A stretch of DNA of 64,000 bases from Dictyostelium discoideum. Its lineage: Eukaryota. Positions 34,264-45,669 of this stretch are shown piece after piece. The position numbers and the translations under genes are program-made. The stretch lies in NCBI GenBank assembly GCA_000004695.1, contig CM000152.2:5920001-5984000 (forward strand), read 5' to 3'. Each line of letters begins with the position of its first letter. Positions within the stretch are counted from its first letter, which is position 1. Under the pieces are notes generated by a model that saw nothing but the letters and a program-made list of their open reading frames with translations, had not been told where the DNA came from and made no database searches.

Positions 34264-34299
<36 letters not shown>

Positions 34300-35298
34300 T
34301 TATCCAATAAATTGTTTAGTTAGTAAAGAATTTATGGTTTTTACAGGTGATGATGAAGGTACAATTAAAGTATGGGATATGAGACAACAAAATATAGTAT
34401 GTGAATTTCAAGAACATGGTGATTTCATATCAGATATTACAACTATTGATGATAGACATATAGCTGCTACATCTGGTGATGGTGGTGTTTCAATTTATAA
34501 TTTCGTTAGAAAATCAATGGATGATATCTCTGAAAAATCTGATAATGAATTATTATCATGTCTTTCTTTAGATGTAAGTTTGATTATTATTTATATAATA
34601 ATCAATACGTTATATATTTTTAGATTTTAATTTTTTATTTTTTTAAATTTAATTTTTAAAAGAATGGTCAAAAATTAGTATGTGGATCACAAGATGGTTC
34701 AATTTTAATATACGATAGAAATAATTTAGAAAATGTTAAAAAGTTTGCAGGACATCCACAATCAGTTGATGCATTGGTTAAAGTTAATAATAATACATTT
34801 TTTTCAGGTTCAAGTGATGGTATCATTCGTTTTATTGGTTTGAGACCAAAGAAATTATTAGGTGTAGTTGGTGAACATTCAACATTCCCAATTGAACGTA
34901 TGGCAATATCAAGAGATAATCGTTATTTAGGTAGTATTTCTCATGATTTTAGTTTAAAGTTTTGGAATGTTGCTAGTTTCTATGAAGAGGATGAAAGTGA
35001 AGATGCTGATTCTGCAAATGCAAATGCAAATGAAATTGAAAATGACGATGATGATGATGATGATGATGATGAAATTGAAGATATTGAGAATGCTACTAAA
35101 GTCGATGATGATAGCGGTAGTGAAATGGGTGATGACGACGACGATGATGATGACGAAGAACAAGAGGAAGAAGAGGAATCTTCATCCGATGAAGATATTA
35201 AACGTAAAAAACCTCAACAAAATCCAATTAAAGCTCAACAAATTGAAAAACAAAAACAAAAACAAAATCAAAAAAGAAGTTTCTTTAAAGATTTATAA
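33713..35298 (+). CDS. wdr55: WD repeat protein WDR55/JIP5 orthologue, 4 exons: 33713..33941, 34090..34177, 34300..34573, 34663..35298 (409 aa)
   Basis: Collinear with human WDR55 from memory: LNFHPTEDLLVVSDAEGRLKLFKYS; FTGDDEGTIKVWDMR; SGSSDGIIRFIGLRPKKLLGVVGEHSTFPIERMAISRDNRYLGSISHDFSLKFWNV. Introns have GTATGT/GTAAGT donors and phase-consistent acceptors. Acidic D/E tail. Confidence 0.88.
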
Positions 35299-35329
35299 AA
35301 TAAAAAAAAATAAAAAAAATAAAAACAAA

Positions 35330-35363
<34 letters not shown>

Positions 35364-36033
35364 AAGGAGTGGAGTTGATCAATCATACATGTTCATATGT
35401 TAATCACAACATTTTTTTTTTTTATTTTATTTTATTAAATTTAAAATAAAAATAAAAAAGAATCAAAAAAAAGAATATATATATTCTACATTTTAACATC
35501 AAAAAAGTTAAAATAGAATATAAGTAAGGGGTTAAATAAAAAAGGAAAAAAAAAAAAGATCACTTTTATCCCATTTTTGGTATTTTAAAAAATTATTTCA
35601 GATATGGTAATTTTTATTACTTTCAATTTTTTTTTTATTATTTTTTATTTTTTTTTTTTTGGGAAATCGGATTTAATTAAAATGGAAATTTTTCCTTTTT
35701 TAATTAATAGAAATTGAAATATTATTTAGTATAAATAGTAAAAAAAAAAAAAAAAAAAAAAAAAAATTAAAATCATTTTTATCAAAGAAAACAAAGAAAA
35801 CAAAGAAATAACAAATAAAAAATAAATATAACTTTAAACAAATACATAAAGTTTTTCCAATGGTATCTTTTTTAAATTAAAAAAAAAAAAAAAAAAAAAA
35901 AATTTTTAATAAATCTAACATATCAATCTAATCAATATTAAAAAGTTTAATACTATTAAAAAATTTAGATATAGGTTTTTTATGGTTGCTTAATTGTAAC
36001 CAAAAAAAAAAAGAAATTTAAATGACTAAGGTA

Positions 36034-36151
<118 letters not shown>

Positions 36152-37237
36152 ATTAAAAAAAAAAAAGTAGTAATAAACTAATGGTAATTTTTTAATGGTT
36201 GCGAAAACCCTTTTAAAAATATTAAACTAAGAAACATTTAAATAACTATTAAAGTAAAAAAAGTTTAGATTGAAGTTTTATTACTGGATTTCTATAAGAA
36301 AAATTAAAAAAAAGGGGAGTTTCTTTAATAAAAATGTAGATGATTATGTAAGCGATACCTCTCCGATGATAATATATCGTTGAGATACCACCCTCAAATG
36401 ATATGATGCCGTTGAGATCTCTCAAATGATAAGATATCGTTGTTTGGTTCACCATATGATATTACAGATTAAAGTAAATCTAAGGGCGGGGCCATTGTTT
36501 GGGTTGGTAATATAAAATGAATCAATACTGATCAAATTTTAGAGAACTAAAATTTTGAAAGTAGATGACCATATATTTAAAAATATTACCACAATGCAAG
36601 CAATTTTAGAAATCCAGATAAACTTCAAAAAAATCTTACTGAAACCAATTGTACCCGTTTTGCCAGGCTAAAAATGAATGGTTTGGAAAACTCATCGTAA
36701 TGATAAATCAAATTAAAGAATATCTAAATTTTCAAAAATAAACACCAAATGGTGCCATTTAAAAAAAAAAAAAAATAAAAAAATAAAATAAAATAAAATT
36801 AAAAAAAGTGATTAATCCTGGTCAAAAAAAAAAAAAAAAAAATCTCTGTGTTTTACGAAAAAAAAAAATAAAAAAATAAAAAAATAATTTTATCTTTTTT
36901 TTTTTTTTACATTAATTAATTACATAAACACACACACCAACTCATATACATATACACATAAAAAGATGAATATAGAATAACAATAACACAATAAATAAAA
37001 TAATATAAAATATAATATAATATATGTAATAGTAATAATAATAATAATAAAAATAATAATAATAAAAAAAAAAATAAAAAAAAAAATAATAAAAAAAAAA
37101 AAAAATAAAAACATATATTAGTAAAAGTAAATTAATTGTATAATAAAATATAAATAAAATAATAAATAAAACTAAATTAAAATAATATTGTCAAATAGAG
37201 AGAGAAAAAAAAAGAAAGAACAATAATAATAATAAAT

Positions 37238-40200
37238 ATGGATGACGAAGATTATAGAAATTCTAAACAAATATTTTATTGGGGTAGAGGTGTTAATCAA
37301 GGTGATAAACATATCATTGAACCAATTGAAGTACCAGAATTAAATAAAAAGAATATTGTACAATTATCATGTGGATCAACACATACATTAGTATTATCAG
37401 ATTCTGGTGATCTATATAGTTGGGGATCATCCAATTCTAGTGGTCAATTAGGTCATGGTGATTCAAAAAATCAATATGGTAAACCTAAAAACATTAAAAA
37501 ATTCTCATTAATTAAAGCTTTATCTGGTGATTCAGTTATACAAGTTTCAACTGGTTTAGATTTTACATTTGTTTTAACTGACCAAGGTTCAATTTATAAT
37601 TGGGGTTCAAATATTGAAGGTCAATTAGCTTTAGGTCAACCTGTAAATAAAAATGAAAAAGAAAATAATATTAATAATAATACAACAAATAATAATAATA
37701 GCAACAGTAATAAAGAAGGAGGCGGAGGTGGTGGAGGTGGAGTTAAAGGTGGTAAAAATATATTATCACCAATACCGCAACCTTTAGATCAATTCTCTTC
37801 AGCATCTTCAACATCTTTATTAATTGATTCATTAACATCAACTTATTCAACTAGATCATATATAACATTATCAAATGAACAACAACAACAAAAAATACAG
37901 CAACAACAACAAAAATGGATAAATGGTAGAAAAAGTGTAAATAGTTCAACAATAACATCATCAAGTCCATTTAGTAGTGTTAGCAATTTTATAAAAGAAA
38001 TGGTTGGTAGTAATAATAATAATAATAATAATGAAAATGACGAAAATAATAATAATAATAATAATAATAACAATAATAATAATAAAAGAGGAGCAACATT
38101 AGGATCATTATCATCATCAACAACAACATCAAATAATTCAACACCAAACACAACAGCAAATAATAGTCCAAATTTATTATCATCATCATCATCATCATCA
38201 TCAGCAGCAACAAATAATGAATTAAAATTTAAACAAACTACACCAACTAAAGTATTATCATTTGGTGGTAGTAATGATAATAATTTTTTAGGTGGTGTAA
38301 TTAATAATGAATTACAAATGATGACAGATCAAATGAATTCAATAAAGATAATTCAAATATCATGTGGATCAAATCATATATTAGCATTGAGTGATCAATA
38401 TCATGTTTACAGTTGGGGTAGTGCTGAACATGGTAAACTCGGACATGGTGAAGATTATTCATTCGTTTCACAAAATCCACGTTGGATTAATTCACCTAAA
38501 AAGATTAAATCTCTACAAGAGAAAGGTGTGACAGTAATTAGTGTTTCAAGTGGTTATAGTCATTGTATGGCATTGACATTGGATTCAGGTATTTTAACAT
38601 GGGGTAAAGGCTCCGATGGTCAATTAGGTACAGGTTTCAGACATGATATTTGGTCACCATTTGAAATTAAACGTGTTATTGATAAAAATGAAAAGATTGT
38701 TCAAATTTGTTGTGGTTATTTTAATTCTTTCTTTATTACATTAGAAAAAAGAGAACTTTATCAATTTGGTTGGTCAATACCATTAGGTAAATCTGATGAT
38801 ATTTTAATACCAACAAAATTTATTTGGTTAAATCCTTTAAAAAATAAAAATAATAATAATGAAAATGAAGATAAAAAAGATGATGATGATGATAATGATG
38901 ATGAGGATGAAAATAATGATAATAGTAATAGAATTAAACAAATTTCAAGTGGTTATTCACATACATTAATTTTAAATGAAAATGGTGAATGTTTATCAAT
39001 TGGACAAGGTGAATTTGGTCAACTGGGTATTCCACTAGACCATTCATCAATTGATAAAGATTCATTTGTAAATTATCCAACAGTGATACCAGCATTATTA
39101 CCATACTTTGTTGAATCGGTGCAATGTGGTAGATGGCATTCGGTTGCAATAGTTTCAAATAGAAATTTAAGAGATCATTTAACAAATAGTAAGAAATTAA
39201 AAGAAAAACAAAAACAAAAACAACAAACAAATTTAGAGATTTTAGAAGAATTTGAATCAAATATTGAAGAGATTGAACGTATGATTACTGATGGTATTGA
39301 TGGTAGTAAAATTAATAAAAATAATATTTCTTCTTCTTTAAAAAGAAATAGTAAATCCATAATTAATAATAGTAATAGTAATAATAATAATAATAATAGA
39401 GGTAGTTTAGATGTATTTGATGGTTTATCAGTATCATTTCAATCATTTATTGATTTTGTAAATGATAAAAAGAATGAAGAACCATCACCTGATGCAATTA
39501 TAACTACAAATGATGAATTTGAAAAATCATTCTTTTTATTACAAAAAGATTATATTAGTAGTAAATCAAATGATTTAAATTGTAGTTTAAGTAGTTTAGA
39601 AGAAGGTGGTGGTTCTGGTGGAGGTTCCGGTGGTGGTAGTCGTAATGAAGAGAATGATAGTCATGAAGGTAATAATAATAATAATGGTGCAGGTGGTGGT
39701 TTTGAAACTATTAAAATTTCAAAACCATTTTATAGAGATTTAAATGATTTTCTATTCAAGAGTAAATCAACGTCACAATCATTATCAACAACTACAAGTT
39801 TACCATCGAATAATCCAATTTTAAATCAAATCGAATTATCAAGTGATGGTAGTGAAGAATCAACAGAGGAATTATTGATTCAAGTACTTTTAACTAAATT
39901 TTTACCAGATTTTGATAAAATGAAAACTAATAAAAAAGAATGGAGAGATCTATGGAGAAGAGGTTTTCCACCAACGATTCGTGGTATCATTTGGAAACGT
40001 GCAATTGGTAATAAATTGGAAATCAATGGTACGTTGTATCATGGTTTATTGGACCAGTTATCGGATTTACAAGATCGTTACAATAGGGATTTGGTATTGT
40101 TGGGTGAGGGATTCGAAGCTAATTTACCCCCAAATCTTCCAAAAGAGTATTCAACATTTATTAAAACATTCAATATGATAAAGGTTGATTTACCAAGAAC

Positions 40201-40822
40201 TTTCCCACAACTTCGTTTATTCAATCCTGCCGGCGCTTTACATGAACAACTACGTACAACTCTATTGCTATTCGCACTCTATACACCGCAAATTGGCTAT
40301 GTTCAAGGTATGTCCTATTTGGCGGCTGTTTTCTGTTTATTCATGGACCCATTCGAATCATTCGTTTACTTTACCAACCTATTGAATAATCATTTCTTTA
40401 ATAGTCTATTCAAAATGGATATTAGAGGTATAGTTAATCATGTAAAGATTTTCGACCTTTTATTCAAGAATCATGTTCCAAAACTTTATGATAAATTTCA
40501 ACAATTAGAATTATCAACTGAACATTTCCTATTGGAATGGATGATGACCTTATTCACAAAACAATTACCTCTAAATATTGTTTTTAGAATTTGGGATTCT
40601 TATTTCATGGAAGGTGAAGCTTTCATTTATTCAACAGCGATTGGTATCTTAAAACTTTGTAGAAACTTTATTATAGCTTCAAATTTTGAAGACTCTTTAG
40701 CAATCATAAAATCAACTCCTCATAATTTAAAAGAAGAAGATTTATTTGATTCAATTTCCGCCGTTCATATTCCAAAATTTATTAAAAAAATTATACTATT
40801 AATTAATAAAGATTTTATTTAA
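37238..40822 (+). CDS. RCC1-repeat + TBC (Rab-GAP) domain protein, single exon, 1194 aa
   Basis: N-terminal RCC1 blades (YSWGSSNSSGQLGHGD, YNWGSNIEGQLALG, YSWGSAEHGKLGHGE, LTWGKGSDGQLGTG). C-terminal TBC domain with Arg finger (IRGIIWKRAIGN) and YxQ Gln finger (YVQGMSYLAAVF). Confidence 0.88.
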   Translation: MDDEDYRNSKQIFYWGRGVNQGDKHIIEPIEVPELNKKNIVQLSCGSTHTLVLSDSGDLYSWGSSNSSGQLGHGDSKNQYGKPKNIKKFSLIKALSGDSVIQVSTGLDFTFVLTDQGSIYNWGSNIEGQLALGQPVNKNEKENNINNNTTNNNNSNSNKEGGGGGGGGVKGGKNILSPIPQPLDQFSSASSTSLLIDSLTSTYSTRSYITLSNEQQQQKIQQQQQKWINGRKSVNSSTITSSSPFSSVSNFIKEMVGSNNNNNNNENDENNNNNNNNNNNNNKRGATLGSLSSSTTTSNNSTPNTTANNSPNLLSSSSSSSSAATNNELKFKQTTPTKVLSFGGSNDNNFLGGVINNELQMMTDQMNSIKIIQISCGSNHILALSDQYHVYSWGSAEHGKLGHGEDYSFVSQNPRWINSPKKIKSLQEKGVTVISVSSGYSHCMALTLDSGILTWGKGSDGQLGTGFRHDIWSPFEIKRVIDKNEKIVQICCGYFNSFFITLEKRELYQFGWSIPLGKSDDILIPTKFIWLNPLKNKNNNNENEDKKDDDDDNDDEDENNDNSNRIKQISSGYSHTLILNENGECLSIGQGEFGQLGIPLDHSSIDKDSFVNYPTVIPALLPYFVESVQCGRWHSVAIVSNRNLRDHLTNSKKLKEKQKQKQQTNLEILEEFESNIEEIERMITDGIDGSKINKNNISSSLKRNSKSIINNSNSNNNNNNRGSLDVFDGLSVSFQSFIDFVNDKKNEEPSPDAIITTNDEFEKSFFLLQKDYISSKSNDLNCSLSSLEEGGGSGGGSGGGSRNEENDSHEGNNNNNGAGGGFETIKISKPFYRDLNDFLFKSKSTSQSLSTTTSLPSNNPILNQIELSSDGSEESTEELLIQVLLTKFLPDFDKMKTNKKEWRDLWRRGFPPTIRGIIWKRAIGNKLEINGTLYHGLLDQLSDLQDRYNRDLVLLGEGFEANLPPNLPKEYSTFIKTFNMIKVDLPRTFPQLRLFNPAGALHEQLRTTLLLFALYTPQIGYVQGMSYLAAVFCLFMDPFESFVYFTNLLNNHFFNSLFKMDIRGIVNHVKIFDLLFKNHVPKLYDKFQQLELSTEHFLLEWMMTLFTKQLPLNIVFRIWDSYFMEGEAFIYSTAIGILKLCRNFIIASNFEDSLAIIKSTPHNLKEEDLFDSISAVHIPKFIKKIILLINKDFI

Positions 40823-40961
40823 TTAATTAAAAAAACACATATTCCATAAAATAATTTACAATTTATTTTTTTTTATTTTTTTTTTTTTTATTTTAATAAT
40901 TATTAATTTTTAATTATATATGAATTATATGATTTGAAATTGTTTATTTTTTTTTATTTTA

Positions 40962-43900
40962 TTAATTATTTGATTTTATTTTATTATTTAAATTTATAAT
41001 TTTATAATTTTTTAATTCTAGATTTAAATGATTTGTTAAATAATTGTCATTTTCAAAACTAGCTATTAAATCTTTACAATTGTCTGGATCTAAGAAATAA
41101 TTAATAACGTGTAAACGATTTTTTTGAATTGCAACTGAACAAGCCTTTTTTAAAATTTTGAATTTTTTTGGGTAACTTTTTGCTATTAAATTACATAATT
41201 TAATATCGCCTCTTTTGAATGCTTCATTAAAAATATTATCCACACGAAAGTAATAAGTTTCAGATGATTTAATTCCAATTTTTTGATATTCATTGAAAAT
41301 TGAATTAATATAATCTTCTATTATATCTTGACCATTAAAAGAATTTTTAAAATCAACAAAGAGTGCTTCATATTGATAATTATAAGTACTAATTGGTATT
41401 TCTTGAAACATGATTCTATAATCTTTCTTTAAGTAACAACCTATTATTTGAATTTTATTTTCAGTTGGAGCTTCTAAAAAAGAATGAATATCACGTACTT
41501 TTCTAAGATAACAATAAAATTGAATTAAAAATGTTTCTTTAATAATTTTAATTTTTAAATTTTGTTCTTGGATTTTGTGTATCTCTGGATGAGTAATTTT
41601 ATCAAAATGATTTTCTAGCATATATTTTGCTTCACGATAAAAATCATAGTTTTCTTTTTGTTGTTTTGTTCTTTTTTTTATAAAAAAGAAATTTATACCA
41701 GTGATTTGAATTGAAAATTGTTCAACTAAATAATCAATAAAATCAAATCTATGTGATAGTAAACAACAATTTAATAATCTTTGAAGTAAAATCATTCTTT
41801 TATTCTTTTCAAGTGGTGAACAAATGAATTCAACGATTTGAATAAACTCTTGTAAATTCAATTTTAAACAAATTGAATTTAAAAGTGTTGGTTCAATGTT
41901 AAACCAAATCTTATCATATTTCGAATCATTTGAGAGTTTATTATAAAATTGATAAAAAAGATCAACTCTATTAATTTCTAAAAAGAAATTTAAATCATTG
42001 AAAATATTTTCAGATAATTTCAATGGTTCTGATTGATGTTGTTTAAGTGATAAATGCTCAATTAAATCAAAATAAATCTTTTCTAATGAATTATCTTGTT
42101 TAAATAAATATTTAAATGTGAAAACTTTTGTATTTAACCAATTTTTAATATCGTAAACTCCATTTGGCCCATAATTAATATTACAATCATAAACTCTGTT
42201 TCTATTATTTACTAATTTAATAACTTCAAGTATTCCAGGTCTAGACATAACATACTTTGTCAATTTAGTTGATCTATGATATAAATAAAAATAACACCGA
42301 TATAATGTATTTTCAATATGTATACCATTTGAAACGATATAATTGTGTACAAAATTAAGTTGTTTAATTTCAATATTACTAATACTTAAAAATAAATCAT
42401 ACATGTATTCTAAAATTGATTTGAAAATAGTTGTCATATTAGCTAATTTATACTCAGTAACACCTTGTTTCGATCTTAGTTGTTTTAAACCACTAACAAT
42501 ATCAACTATTTCTGTAATTATTGAAATATAATTTTCAATCAATTGACTATGGACATTGAATAGGTATGGTATATTATTTTGATAAATTATTCTATCTGAT
42601 CGTAAGTTTCCATCAGTGAATGGGGTTTCAAAATCAATGATTTGAATTAATCTTAGAAACAAAGTTGCTTTTCTATGTTCATTTTTATAATTAAAAAAAC
42701 TATTTGTTATAAAAGTAATTGGAAGAAATTTAAAATCTACTTTATCTATTACTTCTTGAATTGAAGTTGCATTTGATCTCCAAATTGATTCAATAAAACT
42801 TAATAAAAAATTAAAATGGCAAACATATTTTCCTTCTTTAATAAATCTTGATAATGATCCTAATTGATCAATTGTAAAACAATAATTTTCTGGTAATTTA
42901 AAATCATTTCCCAATTTAGTTATTCCTAATTCTAATGAATTCGCCAATTCAAATAAATCATCATTGCAAATTAAAATTGCAGAATAAAAAATTCTATTTT
43001 TAATTGATAGAATTGATAGAATTGACTTTTCATTACAACATTTTTCAATAACGCTCTTCGCAATTTCAGCTGAACTAAAAACGAATCTATCTTGAAATTT
43101 TGAAATAAATCTTAAACTAAACGGTCCAATTGCACCATTTGAAATCCAATCAATTGTTTCAAAACTATCAATTAATATATAATTTTCATTATATTGTAAA
43201 GTCATAATTGATGATAATAAAGAATTATAAGAAACTTGATTAAAATCAATTGTTTCAAATTCCTCTTCACAACACCAATTGAATAATGATAAATAATTAA
43301 TAAAAAATAGAATTTTATCATCATTAATTTTTGATTTTAAATTATTGGTCCAACTACAACCATCATGTTTGATATGATACTCTTCAATTGTTTCACCATA
43401 TTCTATCATATAATTTGAGTAAAAGTAATGAATTGATTTTGTTTCAATAATTACTAATTTTTGAAGTTCTTTTAAATTTTTATTATCTTTAATTATTTCA
43501 TTTATCTTTTCATTTATTTCATCTGGTATAAAAACTTTACCACAATCAAATGGACCTTTACCTCTATATTGAGTTTTAAAACAAAATAATAATTGATAAA
43601 ATGATTGTTTGAATTCTGGTTGAATCTTTTTAACACTTTTTTTTTCGAATAAACCATAATCTAACATTTTCACTTTTGTTTCAAATTCAATATTCCCTAC
43701 TAACATTTGTGGGAGTTCTAAGGTTGATATTAATTCTATTGAAAATAAATTTGCAAATTGTAAAATAAATTTTAATAATTCATTTTGATATGAAATATTT
43801 TTTAAAATTAATTCCAATGTAATTACTCTAATATTCTCTGGTAATTTAATATTTTTGAAATCTACTTCTTCTTCACCGCCGCTGACATTGATACAGGCAC

Positions 43901-44564
43901 TAACATCACCAATAACTTGGATCAGTTCTTTGTAATATTTTAAATCACAATTAGTTAGGGCATTTTCAACTGTGTAGTTATACATTGGCAAATTGTAAGG
44001 AGAAGATGTTAAAATCTTAAAGGGAATTACACTATTGGCTTTGGAAGTTGCATCAATTAGATCACAGGTTTGGAATTCAATTGTATACTTTGTCATTAAA
44101 ATTTCCAAACATTCTTTTAAGGTTTCAATTTCTATTGGAGTGGCATTATTAAATGATTGAAAGAAAACCTGTGGTGTTTTTTTTATGATTTTAATATGTT
44201 TTGTTTCTCCTTTCTTATTTTCAAGTTTATATTTTAATAAACCAAAATGTTTATTTTGAACCATCCATTCAACTGATTCAATTAAATCAATGTCAACACT
44301 ATTACTAGTTCTAATATCATAGATATTTTTTGATAAACAATAACTTTCAGTTTTAATAATTCCATAAATCTTTCTATTCAAGTATTTATTTCTATAAACT
44401 TTCCAAAATAATATTTCTTCAATTGATTCTTTTTCTTTACCACATACTTGTTCCTCCTCTTTTTTTTCTTCTTTTTCTACTTTTTCTTCCTTATTATTAT
44501 TATTATTATTATTATTATAATTATTTAAAATTTTTCTTTGATTCTTTGAGGTTTGAAAAATAAC
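40962..44564 (-). CDS. large protein of unknown function (over 1139 aa); frame open to 44564 with no in-frame ATG upstream of the TTG at 44381
   Basis: A 3.4-kb uninterrupted minus-strand ORF with complex, non-repetitive composition. The track start at 44381 is TTG. The frame stays open 61 codons further upstream (...NNNNNKEEKVEKEEKKEEEQVCGKEKESIEEILFWKVYRNKYL) without an ATG, so the true start is either an internal ATG or an unseen upstream exon. No recognised domain. Confidence 0.7.
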   Translation of the reverse strand, partial: VIFQTSKNQRKILNNYNNNNNNNNKEEKVEKEEKKEEEQVCGKEKESIEEILFWKVYRNKYLNRKIYGIIKTESYCLSKNIYDIRTSNSVDIDLIESVEWMVQNKHFGLLKYKLENKKGETKHIKIIKKTPQVFFQSFNNATPIEIETLKECLEILMTKYTIEFQTCDLIDATSKANSVIPFKILTSSPYNLPMYNYTVENALTNCDLKYYKELIQVIGDVSACINVSGGEEEVDFKNIKLPENIRVITLELILKNISYQNELLKFILQFANLFSIELISTLELPQMLVGNIEFETKVKMLDYGLFEKKSVKKIQPEFKQSFYQLLFCFKTQYRGKGPFDCGKVFIPDEINEKINEIIKDNKNLKELQKLVIIETKSIHYFYSNYMIEYGETIEEYHIKHDGCSWTNNLKSKINDDKILFFINYLSLFNWCCEEEFETIDFNQVSYNSLLSSIMTLQYNENYILIDSFETIDWISNGAIGPFSLRFISKFQDRFVFSSAEIAKSVIEKCCNEKSILSILSIKNRIFYSAILICNDDLFELANSLELGITKLGNDFKLPENYCFTIDQLGSLSRFIKEGKYVCHFNFLLSFIESIWRSNATSIQEVIDKVDFKFLPITFITNSFFNYKNEHRKATLFLRLIQIIDFETPFTDGNLRSDRIIYQNNIPYLFNVHSQLIENYISIITEIVDIVSGLKQLRSKQGVTEYKLANMTTIFKSILEYMYDLFLSISNIEIKQLNFVHNYIVSNGIHIENTLYRCYFYLYHRSTKLTKYVMSRPGILEVIKLVNNRNRVYDCNINYGPNGVYDIKNWLNTKVFTFKYLFKQDNSLEKIYFDLIEHLSLKQHQSEPLKLSENIFNDLNFFLEINRVDLFYQFYNKLSNDSKYDKIWFNIEPTLLNSICLKLNLQEFIQIVEFICSPLEKNKRMILLQRLLNCCLLSHRFDFIDYLVEQFSIQITGINFFFIKKRTKQQKENYDFYREAKYMLENHFDKITHPEIHKIQEQNLKIKIIKETFLIQFYCYLRKVRDIHSFLEAPTENKIQIIGCYLKKDYRIMFQEIPISTYNYQYEALFVDFKNSFNGQDIIEDYINSIFNEYQKIGIKSSETYYFRVDNIFNEAFKRGDIKLCNLIAKSYPKKFKILKKACSVAIQKNRLHVINYFLDPDNCKDLIASFENDNYLTNHLNLELKNYKIINLNNKIKSNN

Positions 44565-45523
44565 TTAAATCTATTTCCATTTATGGTAATTTTTTTTTTT
44601 TTTTTTTACAATTTTATTTTTTATTTTTATTTTATATTAGATTTTTTTTTTTTTTTTTTTTTGGTTATTTTTATATTTTATCTTAAAATAAAAATAATAA
44701 ATCTAATTTTTTTTTTTTTTTTTTTTTTAAGTTTTTTTTTTTTTTTTTTTAGTGTCAGAGAAAAAGAACTATATAATAATAATGAAAAATAATTGAATAA
44801 AAAAAATACAATCTTTTTACAATAAATAATTATTTACGAGAGCACTTACTTTTTTTTTTTTTTTTTTTGTTTTTTTTTTAATTTTTTTTTTTTTAAAGAG
44901 AAAAAAAAAAAAAAAAAAATTAAAACTTGACTCTTAGTTTTAAAAAACAATGTTTTAGTTTTTAAATTTTATTACGAACTTTTCTCTTGTCCTCAAGAAA
45001 AATCTCATCATGATTTTCATAAATGGACCAATCATGTTTTTTAAAAAAACTGAAAAATCAGAAAAAAAAAAATGAAATAAATCATGAGACATAAAAAAAA
45101 AAAAAAATTCTTGGCCTTTCAAGAAAGATTAATCCTATGCACAAAAAATAATTATAAAAAAAATAAAAAAAATTAAAATTGTATTTGTCAAATGATTTTA
45201 GGTCGTTTTAAAGTGAAAAAATATAAAAATCAAAAAGGATTTGGGTATGGTTGGGAACGAGATAAAAGCCATTCATTTCAGATAAAAAAAATTTTATATT
45301 TTTTTTTTTTATTTTTATTTTCATTTTTTTTTTTTTTTTTTTTCTTTTTTTCCACTAATATCTGGTCCAAATTTTGATAAAAAAAATTAAAAATTAAATA
45401 AATAAAAAGGAAAACTGAAAATAAAAACTTTTTAAGATATTTTAGTGTTTAACTTTGCAATGACTCTTTTAAAAAAAAAAAAAACATAAGAGCAACGTGT
45501 GTATGTTTGCATTGTACGAAAAT

Positions 45524-45556
<33 letters not shown>

Positions 45557-45669
45557 CTTTTTTTTTAATTGGACAAGATATGTAATGGTTTGATTTTAAT
45601 ATTTTTTATTTATTTTTTCTTTTTTTTTTTCTTTTTTTTAATTGGACAAGATATGTAATGGTTTGATTT
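45557..45669. repeat. direct repeat of a 40-nt unit CTTTTTTTTTAATTGGACAAGATATGTAATGGTTTGATTT (2 copies, 34-nt spacer)
   Basis: Copies at 45557-45596 and 45631-45669 are identical except for T-run length. Confidence 0.8.

Noticed and set aside
34967-35449. 160-aa plus-strand ORF (MLLVSMKRMKVKMLILQMQ...) overlapping the WDR55 acidic tail
   Set aside because: It is an alternative frame of the GAT/GAA-rich acidic tail of WDR55 and runs on into the A-rich 3' UTR. The WDR55 frame is supported by orthology.
37843-38213. Minus-strand poly-Leu/poly-Tyr ORFs inside the RCC1-TBC gene
   Set aside because: They are the antisense of (AAT)n/(CAA)n-encoded N/Q tracts of the sense gene.
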